Shown here in pieces: positions 36,844 to 49,900 of a stretch of 64,000 bases of DNA. The position numbers and the translations under genes were made by a program. The notes under the pieces were generated by a model. It saw nothing but the letters and a program-made list of their open reading frames with translations. It was not told where the DNA came from and did not search any database. How positions within the stretch are numbered: position 1 is the stretch's first letter; every line of letters starts with the position of its first letter. Source of the DNA: Cyanophora paradoxa CCMP329 (Eukaryota; Plantae; Glaucophyta); NCBI GenBank assembly GCA_004431415.1, contig QPMI01000494.1, forward strand, positions 372,001 to 436,000, read 5' to 3'.

Positions 36844-39800
36844 TCACTGGCCCCGGGCGGGGGCGGCGCGGCGCTTCAGGAACGCGTCTACCGCCGCCCT
36901 GTACTTCTTCTCCCGCTTCTTGTTCTCCCACCTAAAAGAAGATTAATAAGAACATTAAGAAGACATGAGATCAATGATGATAGAGAGTACCTGGAGAAGT
37001 AGGCCCGCATGGTCTTGAAGTGGAAGATCTGGAGGAGTACGGCGTCAGACTAGAAAAAGGGCGTGGAAAAAAAGAGGGGAGGGGGTACGCGGGGCGCACC
37101 TGGTCGAGCTCGAATTCGCGGAAATAGTGGATCGACTCGCCGTCCGAGATCGGCTTCTTCAGCGTGACGCTCAGAGTGTTTGTCCCGTTCTGGGGGGGGG
37201 GGGGGGTAAGGGACCGGAGGCAAGGGGGGTAGGCGAGGGTTTGGAGGTAAGGCAAGGTAAGGAAGCGCCCGCATGTCCGGCGTCGAGAGCAGTGCCCCTC
37301 TAGCCTATCCCAACCTGACCTACGGGGTGTACGGGGATCCGGGGGGTACGGGTACGAGGACAGAGAAGGGGGTACGGGTGCGACATGCACGCGGAGGGCT
37401 TCCAGGGCGAGGGGCGGAAAGCCACGGTACGGTACGGGGTGAGGGAGGGGAGTTAGCCTAGCCTAGCCATCTGAAGGAGTGGGGGAGGGAGGCGAGGCGA
37501 GGGTGGTACGGGGTCGGGGCGCACGCGGAGGGCCTCCGGGGCGAATCGCTCGCGGGGTAGGATCGCCTCGACCAGCATCTGGGGCGAGGAAGGGGGGGGG
37601 GGGGGGGGGGGTGAGACATCGCGAGCGAGACAACGCAGGGGTCTGGAGGCGGGATCCAGAGGAGGATACGGAGCTGGGGCGAGAGGCGCGGCGGCGAGCG
37701 GCTTCTAAAGCATCCGTGCGCGGTGGGGGGAGGGTGGGGGGTAAGGGTGTGGAGAAAGTAGAGGGGGGTACCTCGCTGGAGAACTCGGCGAGGGCGTCGC
37801 CGTCGTAGAGGGCGGAGGCGTGGCACTCCTCCGGCCAGAAGCCCGGCACGTAGTCCGGAGCGTGCGCGCACCCGAACCGCGGCAGGATCACCTGCGCGGC
37901 GGGCGGGCGAATGAGGTGAGCCCGCAGGGAAGAAAGACGCTAAGAAAGAGGGGCGGAACCCTCCTATGCATCTTATCTTCGTCTCCCCGTATCTTATAGT
38001 CTTCAAGATCTAATCATCTTCTCGCCTATCCAAAAGCGCGCGCACCGCACGGTCGAGGGCAACGTTAAGAAAGAGAGAGGGAAATCTAATCTCCTTCTCG
38101 CACGATATTCTAGATCTAATCTCTTTCTCGCGCGCGCACGCACCGCGCGGTCGAGGGCGACTCCGATGGAGAGCGCCTCCCGCAGCGCCGCGTCCTCCCC
38201 CTCGGCACCCCACGACGCGTCCCGGTCGTAGGCCACCCACTTGCCCTCGTACCTGCGCGGGGCGGGGGGAGGAGGCAGAGGTTAGCGGGGGCGGAGGGAG
38301 GGGGAGGGGGCGCCGGAGACTTGGGGAGGGAGGCGGCGGCGCGCCGCTCGCCCCAGATGACCAACTCTAATTCTAGTTATAAGCCGCTAGCCCTCTTTCT
38401 CGCGAAACCAGGACCCAAGCCTCTAAAAGCCAAGCCCAGCCAAGCCCACCTAGAAGCCTCCAAGCTCTGCTTAGCTCACCGCTCGCCCTAGGGCGAGCTT
38501 AGCTTAGAAGAGGAACACTAACTCTAAGCTATCCTTGAGCTTCTAGCCCGTCTAACCCTTCAGCCCAGCCCGATCGGGGGCGCGCACCGCTCGCCCCAGA
38601 AGAGGAACCAGAGGCCGTGCTCGCGCAGGTCCATCACCCGCCCCAGCGCCGTCCGGTGCCCGCTCCGCACCTGGGGGGGAGGGTGAGAGAGGGGGGGGGG
38701 GGGGGTAGTTGCTGACGCTGAGGCTAGCGCTAGCTAGCTGTAAGCTCTAGCTAGGCTAGGCTAGGGGGGGGGGGGGGGGGGGTGCGGCCTAGTTGTGCTG
38801 AAGCTAGCGCTAACTAGCTGAAAGCTCGTATTTGGCTTTCTCGGATGGGCTAGGGAGGTGGGGAGGGATGGGAGGGGGGGGAGAGAGAGAGAGCGGGGGC
38901 AGGGGCCTAGCTGTAGCTGAAGCTCAGGCTATAGCTAAGGGAAGAGGGAGGAGGGGAGGAGGGAAAAGGCTGAGAGTTACAAGCTTAGGTTTTAGGCGGG
39001 GGGATAGGGGTACGGCTGAAGCTCAAAGCTGTGAGAGGGGGGTACGGCGCACGGCGTAGGCGGTGGAGACGAGGCCAACGTCGTCGTACGGGGGGAGGGC
39101 CGCGGGGAACTCCGAGCTGGGGGGAAGGAGGAGTTAGGGGGTACGATGGCATTCATTTGAATTCGATTTTTGGGGGGTACCGGCTGAAGGCGTGGAAGCG
39201 GTAGCTGGCGGAGAGGGACTGGTCTGCCTGCACGGCCTGTACCACGCTCGCCAGGTCTGGGGGTGGGGGGTACGCCGTCAGGGGCGGGAACGGGGTACGG
39301 TGCTGGGCGGCGAAGGGGGGTATGCTACGGACCGACATACTCGGGGGCGGCGGGGTCGGGCCCGCGCTCGTCCGCCTCCTGTTCCTCGGGTACGTTGCGG
39401 TACACCTGGGGGGGCGAGCTCGGGGGAAGAATCGGGGAGGGGTACGCGGTTCCCGCGCCTGCAGGAGGAGCTCGACGGTCTTGGGGTCGCTCTTGGCGAA
39501 GAAGACGCGGCTGGAGAGGTCCTCGGGCAGCCCCACGTTGTACTGTACCCCCGCGCGGCGTCGGCGTCGGGGAGGGGGGGGGCGCGAGGGGGGTTCGGGA
39601 TGCGGGGCGCACGTCGCGGGCGCGGAGGAGGGGGACTGGGTCCCGGGTCATGACGTGGTCCGACGCGATGAACAGCGCGTCGTGGCCTGCGTCGTCGTCG
39701 TTCGAATCGAATCGATCAGATTCGATCCGCGCAGCGCGAGGCCGGAGCGACCCGCACGCACCGCGGGCGACTACGTTCATGGCGTGGCGAAGGATGCGGC

Positions 39801-40313
39801 GGATCTTCGAGCCGCCGGGCGACGCGTCCAGGTACGAGCGGTAGCTCGCCTGGCCGACGTACGCGTGAAAGAGCTGCGTCCGCGAGAATATCACGTGGTT
39901 CTTGGAGCGGTTGATGGCGCGGATGGACTCGGCCAGGTTCAGGAGCAGGTCCACCGACGCCTGCGCAGCGCGGGTGCTCTCCAGGCGCAGCGAGTCGCTC
40001 TGCGCGGACGGTCGGAAGCCACGCGACGCGGCGGCCCGCGGTCGGGCAGCGGCTCGCGGGCCCCGCGGACCTGGAAGAGCACGAGGCCCTCGGGGCCCGC
40101 AGCCTCCGCCAGGAGCGCGTCCAGCGCCGGGTCCTTGATCCAGACATCGCCCAGCACGGGAATCTCCGCGTCGGAGATCCTGTATCGCGCGGCCGGCGCA
40201 GCGGACGCCAGTGCCAGAGCCAGGGCGAGCGCAAGGACCGCCAGCCAGCACGCCGCGTGCCCTCTTCGCCTCATTTGCCCGTGCCTCTGCCGAGGAGCTG
40301 CCGGGCTGGACAT
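36844..40313 (-). CDS. GT77 / nucleotide-diphospho-sugar transferase-like glycosyltransferase (multi-exon, N-terminal signal/anchor)
   Basis: N-terminal WLAVLALALALALASAA; exons give HDALFIASDHVMTRDPVPLL (cf. GYDVLFSDVDVVWLRDP), DLREHGLW, and ALREALSIGVALDRAVILPRFGC (XEG113-like C-terminal motif); stop at 36844 after ...RAAPARGQ. Start is 40313 or 40274. Confidence 0.55.
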
Positions 40314-40352
40314 TTCGCTGGTCCTGGGGGGGTATCGGCAGTTCGGTCGCGG

Positions 40353-42560
40353 ATGTGGGCGGACGACCTCCTCACGGCGGGCCTCGCCGTGTGGGCGTCC
40401 GCCCGCCTCGTAGAGCATCCCGGGCCGTCCCGTGTGGCCGAGGCAGCGGCGCTCGTGGCCCTTGCCTTTGCCGCGCTCTGGGCGTCCAGGCGGGCTTCGA
40501 GCGGCTGCGGAGCGTCTCAGAAGGCATGGTCGGCGACTGCGTACAGGTACGGAAGCCGCGCTGAGCTCCCTCCCGCCGCCCGGACGCGCTGAAGTCAGAG
40601 CAGGCCCCTTTCGGACGCCGGCGTGCCCGCCGGCGTGCTTGCGGCACCTCTGCTGTTCGCTTGCAAGCTCCTCAGCTCGAGCCCGTTCCACGGTGAGCGG
40701 CCCGTCGCCTTACTGCCTCGAAGCGCGCCGGTTCGAACTGACGGGGATCAGCGTGGTGGCTGCGGGCCTTCTGGAGCTCGTTGGCCTGCGGTGCGGCCGC
40801 CGCCACTTCGCTCATCGCCAGCGGCGCCCCTTTCCTGGACTCGCTCGTCGCCACGGCCGCTCGCGGCGGGGCGCTGGCCGCCCTCGCAGCGGCGCTCGCC
40901 TCCGGCCACGGGCGTGCGCGCCGCCCTCGCCTCGCGGCGCCCTCGTTCTCCGCCTGACTCGCGCCCTCCTAGTTTCGATCGCGGCGTCGGTCGGCGTGGC
41001 GCTGGTCGCGTTCGAGGGCGCCCAGCGAGTGGCCTTCGGGCCGGCCGCGCGCTGCTTCACCGCCGGCGAGGCGGCCTTCGTCTCCACTCTCTTCGCCCTC
41101 CTCTGCTCCGTCCTGTGGCCCCTCCTCCTCGGCCCCCTCTCCGCGCTTCTGGTGCGTACCCCCCGCTTCCCGGCCCGTCGCCTGTCTTCTTAGAGGCGCG
41201 CAAAGGGCCCCACCCCGCCCCAGGACTGGCCGGACGCCGCTATCTTCTCAGCGGCGCTCTGCCTTTCCGTCATTCTTCTCTGCGCCGGCCTGGCGCTGGC
41301 CTTGGGTACCCCCGCGGGCGCGGCTCCGGCTTCCCATAAGCAGGAGGCCGGCCGGCCCCGCCCCGCCGCCGGCCCCGCCCCGCGCCGCCGCCTCGCCTCC
41401 TCTCGAGACGCCGACGGCGAGGGTCCCGGCGCGCCGCGTGCGGTGCCATCGGGCGACGCGCCTCCCGAGCCGCTGCACTCGGCGGCGGCATCTGTACCCC
41501 AGCCGGCCTTCTGGCCCCTGACCGCCGGCGGCCTCCTCCTCCTCGTACTCCCCGCCACCGCCTTTGCTCTCCGCCAGAATCCCTTACCCTGGTGCGCCGC
41601 GGCTCCGGCTCGAATCCGGCGCGTTCCGCTTCCGTTTGACGCCCCTCCCGCAGGCTGCTCGAGGAGGTGCTGTCGTACCCCCGGCGGACGGCCCTCTGCG
41701 CCGTGTGGGCGGCCCTCGTCGCGCTTACCGTCGCCGCCCTCCGCCCGGGCGGCCCCCTCCGCTCGTGCGCGCGTACCCCCCTCCGCCTCTCCCCCCCCCC
41801 GACCTGAGCCCCCGGGGGCCAGGCGCGTGCCCCGGGTACTGGAGCGCAAGGCCTTCCACGCCCTGGCCCTCGCCCTCTTCCTCCCTGGGCTGGCCCTCGA
41901 CGTGAGCCCCCTCCTTTCTTTCTATCCCTGTACCCCCCCCATCTAATCACGTACCCCCAGGCCGCCTTCCTGTCGCTGGCGATGGCCGCAGCGCTCTCCG
42001 CCTTTTCTTTGGCGGAGGCGGCGCGGCTCGCCCTCGCGCCGCCCATTGGGCCGGCCCTCGCCGCCTTCTGCGAATCCTTCCGCGACGCCCGCGACGTGGT
42101 GCGTACCCCCCCGGACTTCTGGCTTGCGTACCCCCCTGAACTTCGTGCGCAGGGCCCCCTGATTCTGACGCACGCGTACCTCCTGCTCGGATGCGCGGTA
42201 CCCGTCTGGCTGGAGGCCCCCGGGGGGCCGGGCCGGCCGGCCCCGCTGGCGGCCTTCACGGGGGTACTGGCTCTCGGCGTCGCGGACAGCGCCGCCTCGT
42301 GGGCGGGGCGCCGCTGCGGGCGGGTACGCCTCTTCGGGGGCCCCAAGACCCTTGAGGGCGCCCTCGCCGGCGCCGCGTCCCTCTTCCTATCCCTCCTCCT
42401 CGCCGCCCGCTTCGCCGCGCCGGCGGCGCACCCCCCTTCCCTCCCCGGGCTGGCGCTGGCCTGCCTGGGGGCCGCTGTTCTGGAGGCGGCCACCTCGCAG
42501 ATCGACAACCTGATCGTGCCGCCCTACTTCTACGCCATGTTCCGCCTCGCGTGCGGGTAG
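40353..42560 (+). CDS. DOLK: Dolichol kinase (SEC59/DOLK family), multi-exon polytopic membrane protein
   Basis: Diagnostic motifs ERKAFHALA, FRDARDxGPLILTHAYLLLGCAVPVWL, GVLALGVADSAASWAGRRCG...KTLEG, LEAATSQIDNLIVP; many hydrophobic segments. Confidence 0.9.
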
Positions 42561-43493
42561 CTCGCTTCTGTAGCCGCGAATTCGAATCGAACCGCCTTGC
42601 GAGTGCCGCTGTGCGTTTGAGGGGGCGCACCGTGCACGTGGCCCGATGGCTCGCAGTGGCCATGGCCATGGCGCCGGCCATGGGCCGTCCAAAACCCTTC
42701 CGAAGGCGAGGCGGGGCCGGGCGCGCCGGCCGCAGCGCCGCAGCAGGGCCCGGGGGCGCCGCCTCCCAAGGCGCGAATTCGAAGTCCGACGTGGACTCGG
42801 ACTCTCGAGCTTCGAGCCAAGCTTAAGCAGAGTAAGCTCAGCTTGTCGCTCGGCGCGGCGCGTGCGGGGCTCTCCGCCGCTTCGAGTAGCCTGCTGCGAG
42901 GTGCCGCTGATCATGAGCTCGAGGCACAGCGGATCGAACGCTGAGCACGAGCGAGCGGATCCGAACATATGCATCCGCTCGCGAGCCGCGTTCAACGCCT
43001 CCGATCCGCTTGAGCGCAGTCGGCGCAGGTTCCTCTGACCTCCGCACTGCGACCAGTGGACCAGCTGCAGCGGCCGAGCGACCGGTACCCCCACCGCTAG
43101 CCCATGGCCACCCCCCTCCTTTACTCCCCTCTTCTACCCCACGCCCCACCCGGCCCCCGTCGTACCCTGCATCAATTACGCGTACGACGCTTGGAATCGG
43201 TTGTGCACCGATCCCGGATGCACGCGTACGCCCCGCGTCGAAGCCCCCGCATCGGCCAGCTGTTCAGCTTTCCCATGCTCTTCCTGACAGTCTTACATTT
43301 TCGGTATTTGTTCGCATTATTTAATGTGATTTAATGTGATTCACATTCTCGTGATCACATTCTCACACGCATTAAAGCTAGTAGTGATGGAAAAGAAATG
43401 AATGAGAACAGTATAGAAAGGTATCTTCCATCTGTATTCGGAATTCTGTGCTTGAGAAAAGGGTCCAACCTACGTATACGGCCGATTCCTGAA

Positions 43494-45284
43494 CTATTCC
43501 GGTGCCTGCAAAAGAGCGTTTTTTAACGACAGAAGCGCCTCACATCTGCAGCCTGATTCCGTGCACTGAAGCCCGCAGCTGTCGCCAGTTCCTTCGTGCC
43601 TACGAGCCCATGCGGCATCGTAGCCTGTCTGACCGGGCCGGGTCTCCATCCATTCGTAGGGAACCAGAAGGCGGATTTGGAGCATCCTGCCATTGAGCGT
43701 TAACGTTAACGTTTTGAAAAGCGGCGCGATCGTCATATGTAATTGATATTGGCGCGTGCGCACAACTTGATGCCACTCGTGACGGGCTCTTCGCGATGAA
43801 TGGCGTACGGGTCGCAGCGGAGGGTGCCGTTCTGCAGATTGTTGAATTTGATGACCGAGCCCGCTCCAGCCTTCAGGTTAAGGCCCAAGTTCTGGTGCGT
43901 GTACCGGTAAATCACATGACCTTTATCAAGAACTCGAATGTCCAGAGTAATATAAAGAAACACCTCGAAAGCGGTGTGGCCACCCTCGTACTCCGAGCCG
44001 GAGTTGAGCCAAACATGCAAAGTTGTGCGCCGCTGCCTTCCGCTGCCGTACCTACTTGCGCTTGGTCAGATTGACATCGATGTCGTTGTGCATATGGCTG
44101 ATTATTTATTCCGTGCACATTTTCAGCCAATTCGTACAATCCTCTCTGCAGCAGGCGTCGTGGTGATCCGTCTGGGAGGGATAATCTATTTTCGACCGCT
44201 CCTCGTTCCTCGGCCGGTACCTGCCGCAGTGTGCGCCATGCATACGTATGAGCGCGCTTGCGTACGTCCGAATTCGAACGGGAATTGCGGGATCCGGAAT
44301 ATTAATGCGCACGAGGAGAAGCGAAAATCATAGACGTCCGAGAAAGAGTAGTCTGGCCCAAGGCGAGCAATGAGTCGCAGCACAGCAGCCATTACCAACG
44401 AGCTGTTCCCGCGGGAAGCAACCTCTGAGAGCGCCCGTCAGCTCGTGAAATTCCCGCGGGAAATAACCTCTTGCTCGCGGACCCAACGGAGGGACGACGA
44501 AGCCTATGTCCTCGGCCATTAGCTTCTCCTTTGATTTCTTGGGGAGAAGCGAGATCAGCGCTTCCACCTCGTCTTCCGATAAGGCATCCAACCAAAGCTG
44601 GGGGCCGGAGTCGTCAGCGCAGCCCAAGAGCGCCCGTCGAAGATTTGATTTTCTAGATGCAGGAACCTCTGGCTGCACGGACTCGCCCCCTGCCTCGACC
44701 GTGCCCGCCTCCCGATCCGTTTCCACGATCGGCGTCGGGGGCGGGGCGCGGCTCCGCGTCGCTTGGTACTGGCGGGCCAGCTCCTGTGCCAGCCCGCGGT
44801 TGTAGCCGAGGGGCTTCGGCATCTTCGCGTCGTCCATCCAAGCCAGCGGGACCTTGATGAAGAGTGCCAGGACTCTGACATGAAATGGGATTCCGAAATA
44901 TTAATGGGATTCGCACGCATGAGCAGGCTTTCGATACTAATCGCAATCCCAGGCTTGCCCGTGCACGCGTTCACAACTCACCGCTTGACCCCTTGCAGAA
45001 CCGGGGCGGATCGGTGTACAGCATAATCGTGGCTGAGGTTGAGGAGAATTGGAATCGGCGAGGCGCTATTGTAAGCGATTCGTCGGTGAACGTTCCGGCG
45101 AACGGGTGCGGACCACAGGAGCGTGCCGGGGGTGAGAAGGTTGAGCTTCAGCCCCCATCCCGCCGGCCCCTTCACCCTCAGACCTAAATTCTGCATTCAT
45201 TATCGCGCGCTTCTTGAGCCTCGGAAAAGGGATTAGGAGGGGAGAGGGCGGCTTCCTCAGACGCTTACCGGGAATTCGGTGTGC
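43494..45284 (-). CDS. 3' part of a host gene with tandem P4H-like 2OG-Fe(II) oxygenase domains (end of domain 1 and all of domain 2)
   Basis: Domain-1 tail TEFP|NLGLRVKGPAG...AVHRSAPVLQGVKR|VLALFIKVPLAW; domain 2: DALSEDEVEALI, TDHHDACC (HxD), QRRTTLHVWLNSGSEYEGGHTAFE, NLGLNLKAGAGSVIKFNNL...DPYAIHREEPVTSGIK; stop at 43494. Confidence 0.8.
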
Positions 45285-45350
45285 AAAAAAATGTAAATTG
45301 GGCATACTGCCCCACGAAATTATATATGGTAATAAAATCGAATAAACTTT
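45285..45350 (+). repeat. Left terminal inverted repeat (perfect 66 bp; imperfect extension to ~45540)
   Basis: AAAAAAATGTAAATTGGGCATACTGCCCCACGAAATTATATATGGTAATAAAATCGAATAAACTTT is the exact reverse complement of 56245-56310. Confidence 0.95.
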
Positions 45351-45536
45351 AAACTTTTCGATATTCCACAAACGTTTCGACAAAACCAAATCAAAAACAA
45401 ACCATTCACAGTAACCACACAAAACAAAACGTAAAATCTCAGTAAGCCTCAGTAACAACAATCGATGTTATATCATAATCTCGGTTATTCCTCATTGATT
45501 GTTTCATATAAAAATAATCTGATAATCTGAATAAAA

Positions 45537-45899
45537 ATGGAAACCAAGCCACAACAACGCTTTTACATTTTCTCTCGATATGATGATCGCGAATCCGTGA
45601 AATCAAAAGGAGCAAAATGGGATTTTGAAAAGAAGCTATGGTTTGTTGAAGATGAAAACAGTGAGATCTTCAAAGAATTCCGAAAACTAACAGAAGACGA
45701 AATCAAATACATTAATGTTAAAATGTTTTGTCAAGTTGCTTTCAAAGACATCCAATTAGCGAAATCTTATGGTCTCAGATGGGACCCAATTCATAAGGGT
45801 TGGTATGTTAAAGGAATCCATTATAAAGAAATTTTCAAAGTGTTCAGACCTATCACGAAAATTGTTGAATCGAAAGATGGTTCATACCTCACAGCCTAA
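45537..45899 (+). CDS. Small viral protein with two DUF5710-like repeats
   Basis: Two copies of the YxD/E...K..GAxWD...K.W motif: YDDRESVKSKGAKWDFEKKLWF and FKDIQLAKSYGLRWDPIHKGWY. Confidence 0.7.
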   Translation: METKPQQRFYIFSRYDDRESVKSKGAKWDFEKKLWFVEDENSEIFKEFRKLTEDEIKYINVKMFCQVAFKDIQLAKSYGLRWDPIHKGWYVKGIHYKEIFKVFRPITKIVESKDGSYLTA

Positions 45900-46954
45900 C
45901 GTCTAGTCAACCCGCTTCGTAAATTATACCTCTTCCTAACTACTTTGCTCCTATTGGGCTTGATACCCTCTTTTGCTACTAATCTATTTACCTTCGTTGT
46001 TTTTTTCACTCGCTCCACACGCTTCTGTGTGGGAATCTTAACAATTGCTGCCTTATCTACTTTTTGCAACTCGTTCAGTTTAAAGTTTCGTTTTACTTCC
46101 TTTGGACTCTCTCCCTCATTCTCTTCCAATAAACTAAATCGATTACCTACCTTGCCTGCTACTTTATACACTTGTTTGCTGTATCTTGCTCCTTCTTTAT
46201 CGAAAGTCTTCTTTTCAGTTACAGCTCGAACATAATCTCCCTCCTTTACTGTTGGGCTACCTTCTTTAATACGTTTGTTATGCAATGCATCACGCAAATA
46301 TATGAACGATTCTTTCTCGTTATTCCCATACACTGCATTGGGTGAATCATTCTTTAGGGAAGTGTGTGGACTGTTGTTGTAAGTTGCCAGAACCTGTTTG
46401 TAATAATCAGTCCATTTTGGGTTCCCACTCGAAACTATTGCTTTTCTCAAATATTGTTTAAAAGTTCTGGTGAACCTATCGATAATACCAAGTTTATCAC
46501 CTACTGTGATGTGGTCATTCTTAGCTACATCAGTGTAGAGTGTAACATTGTTTTCCTCACACCATTTCCTATAAATCTCAGCAGAGAACTCATTGTCTCC
46601 TGAGATAGCACTAACCTTGCCTGCCTCAACTTTGAACCTGTTGAAAATATCGATTTTCGAATCCTTTGGCTTGAAAGGGTATACAAATGCTTTCCGACTC
46701 AATATATCGACAAATCCCAGCATCCTATCCACTCCATGTGTTGCTGTCTTGTAGCTTTTGAAATAAATCACATCAACCTGAAAGGAATTGGGTGGAGCAA
46801 TGATCCGCAAGAAAGACTTTTGCTTTTTGGGCTTCTTAAAGATCTGCTCAAGCTCTTGATTTTTAAAACGCTTTCTTAGTTCTTCCTCATCAAATGTGAT
46901 ACCTTCTTTAATCAATTTCTGTCGATACTTGGTATAACTCAGAACCTGGTCCAT
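45896..46954 (-). CDS. Retroviral-like (rve) integrase, Polinton type
   Basis: SFQVDVIYF (D1), FVDILSRKAFVYP, ISGDNEF (D2), GIIDRFTRTFK (third acidic residue), YNNSPHTSLKNDSP, C-terminal KEGDYVR...FDKEG...YSKQVYKV. Likely start MDQVL at 46954. Confidence 0.9.
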   Translation of the reverse strand: MDQVLSYTKYRQKLIKEGITFDEEELRKRFKNQELEQIFKKPKKQKSFLRIIAPPNSFQVDVIYFKSYKTATHGVDRMLGFVDILSRKAFVYPFKPKDSKIDIFNRFKVEAGKVSAISGDNEFSAEIYRKWCEENNVTLYTDVAKNDHITVGDKLGIIDRFTRTFKQYLRKAIVSSGNPKWTDYYKQVLATYNNSPHTSLKNDSPNAVYGNNEKESFIYLRDALHNKRIKEGSPTVKEGDYVRAVTEKKTFDKEGARYSKQVYKVAGKVGNRFSLLEENEGESPKEVKRNFKLNELQKVDKAAIVKIPTQKRVERVKKTTKVNRLVAKEGIKPNRSKVVRKRYNLRSGLTRR

Positions 46955-49900
46955 CCTTATTATAGTGTTGTTTTGTTTTATAGTGTCCAATCGCAAGAGT
47001 AGTATAGAGGTCCTCACAAAGATACCTCTTAGTATCGAGCGCATTGAATGCCCTTTTCTTCATTTCCTGCGTTGTTACCTCGTGGTTCTTTGATCGGAAA
47101 CCTCGAACTGTTACTTTCTCCCGCTCCTTCATTGGATACATGACAGTGTTGTAGAATTGTAGGAACTCTAACCTATTCTGCACTACTGACCGCTGAACTC
47201 CCTTCAACTTCTTAACCTTACTATCAATAACATCAGCTTCCGTAGCATTCGACTTCACTCTTAACAAATCCTTCAACTTGTCAGCAATCACCTGTTTTAC
47301 ATTTTCTTCTGATCCCAGAGCCTTAACATTCAACTCCTTCTCGTAGGAGTATGCTTTTGGTTTGTAACCAGCAAACCTTGTAACGAGATAATCACCACAA
47401 TCATCCTTGAACAAACGGGAACCTTTTTATTTTTAGGGTTGTAACAGATGTGGGATTTGCTGTAATCAGACTGATCAAACCAATGAGAATCCTCAATCAT
47501 GTCTTTGTAGATATCGTCAGTCTCAATCAGATAATACAGGAATCTGTATCAGTCATGAGCAGCTTGGCTGATCCAGGTCCATACTTCACCATGATGTAAT
47601 CGTAATGGAAACGATACATGATTAGTTTGGACAGATCCAAGATAGCCTGACCAACATAAATGGGTTTATCCAACATAATAGAACCCTTATAGAACTCTAA
47701 AGCAGTAAGATTCTCATTGATAATCTTCACTGTCTTCAACAATGGATTGCCGTTGTGTTTGAGCTGCACCCTGGGATCGTTGCAAAGCTTTATGTTACTT
47801 CGCTTGCGAACGTTCTCCATGGTCTTTCCGAAAACTGAGTTATTCATGAGTTTGTAGAAATCTTTCTCGAAATCATTACGAGCTTGCGTCCGCAGTCCGG
47901 TATTGAAATCGATGTATGGTCTCAGCCACTCAGATTGATCATACATAATCCCACGATGAACCTTTGTTACCTTCAATCCTTTTGAGATGTAGTACTGCAA
48001 GTTTTTGATGTGTAGGATGTAATTGGTCTTGTTCATCAGATTGGGAACCAACTTACGAGTCTGGGTAGTTTTTCATCACCAATCATTTCAAGCTGTGTTG
48101 GTGAAATCATTGACTTGGTGATTATTAGAGATTCGGGAGCAAGAGGTAAATCACTGTGAAGATCATGTAGGTGTTCTGGATATTCCAAGTCAACCTCCAA
48201 AGTTGCACCTCTATCACCTTCCACATCAAAGCCCATATAATCGAAATTCTCGATGTCATCAATCCACTCAAATCCACCTCTGGGTAGCTTGAAACTCATC
48301 GCTTTCCCATACAGATTGTTGGCATCCCAAGTGGTGATATACTTTGTTGACTTTGATGGATCATAAGACTTCATGTAGGGGTTATTAGCCTCTGCATAAC
48401 GATTGGGAACCATGCAAACACCTCCACGAATTCCAAGTTCAAAGAATCTATACATTTCAGGGTCACTCAATTGCTCCAACTCCACACCTGTATATTTCAA
48501 CATCGCGAACCATGACAGGTGAGGAGCTGAAATGAAATGGATAGGATCGATCTTATAATTACTGTAGCAAACATTGCGGAATGTATTGAAAACGTCAGCA
48601 AGCAGAGCAACATCAGTAGAAAGATAGATATCGTGATAATCTCCGAGAGTTTTGCAGTTGAAAGCGTCCCATACCCTCTGGCAATGCTTGTAGTCGGAGT
48701 CACTTAATTCAGTATCATTGAGTTTCGAGTAGAAAGCTTCTTTGGGAGGTAATTGGGTCTCACTGAGTTTCTCGAAGCTATCCAGGTAGTCGTAAGGGAA
48801 GTGTCCCTTTTGCATCAGTAGCTCTCGCTGTTCCTGTGAGTAATTTACAGAATCACACCACTCATTGGTGAATTTGAAATTATTCTTACTGAGATTCTTT
48901 ACCAGACCATCAAGGCTCGAAGCCATGAAATTCAAAGAGTCCATGAACTTGTATGGTCCCATATCGAATGCTATGAACTTCTCAAAATTCTGGGCAATGC
49001 AACGAATTTCCTTACCAGGTTCATTGAAATTCAAAGCCTTCAGAATATAGTGTCCATCATAACCTTTTAGATTGTGGAACACAACTGGGATCTTTGGATT
49101 GATCTTTCGTTTCAGATTGCAAGTATTGCAAGCTGCTCCAAGGTAATCTCCTGTAATGTGATCGTGGTCTCTAACCTTTTTAACTTGACATGTGTTACCA
49201 TTGTCATCAGTTATAGTAGCTCCAAACTCATCTCCGCAGATGTAGCAAGCAACAGAATCTCTGTAATCCTCTTTGTGCCATTGTTCCATAACCATTGGTG
49301 CAACATGTCTAAGCTTCTCAAGTAAATCGGATTCAATCGTTTTCAGTGTCTCCATAAAGTGCTGTGTAACCTCATCATCATTTTCTGGGTTCTCCTTCCG
49401 ATACAATACCTGTTTTATAATCTCTTCGTTGTGGATAACCATGATTTTGTATCCACTGGGAATGTGTTTCTGGTAGACTGCAGTATTTTCACCTCGTGTC
49501 TCATCCACCTTTTGCAATATACATTCGAAGTCAGCAACAACAAACATTGGATGCCATACAGTCTTGTCAACATGTCTCTTTGGGTCCCACTTGGTCTTAG
49601 ATCCGCTTGGTGGCATTGTGTCAACTGTTGCATTTGGTCGATCGTAACACTTGTTGTGTTTAATGTGGGTCTCCAATACCGTTTCACTGGTGAACCCTCT
49701 CAAACAAGCTTTACAGAAATGGCGAGTTCCATGGTGCGAATTGGATATTAACCTTGACATGCTAGAAATGTAACCATAGTGGGTTTTTCGTTGACAGTCC
49801 ACAGAAGAATGTCAATTGTAAGATGTTGTTTAGATGGATCCTTACAGATATGGACTGGAACGATATGTGATCGATCGACCATATACACATTGATTGGTCG

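Noticed and set aside
47410-49800. Programmed ribosomal frameshifting in pPolB
   Set aside because: No canonical X XXY YYZ slippery heptamers at the breaks, and four successive shifts would be needed; single-base deletions explain all of them.
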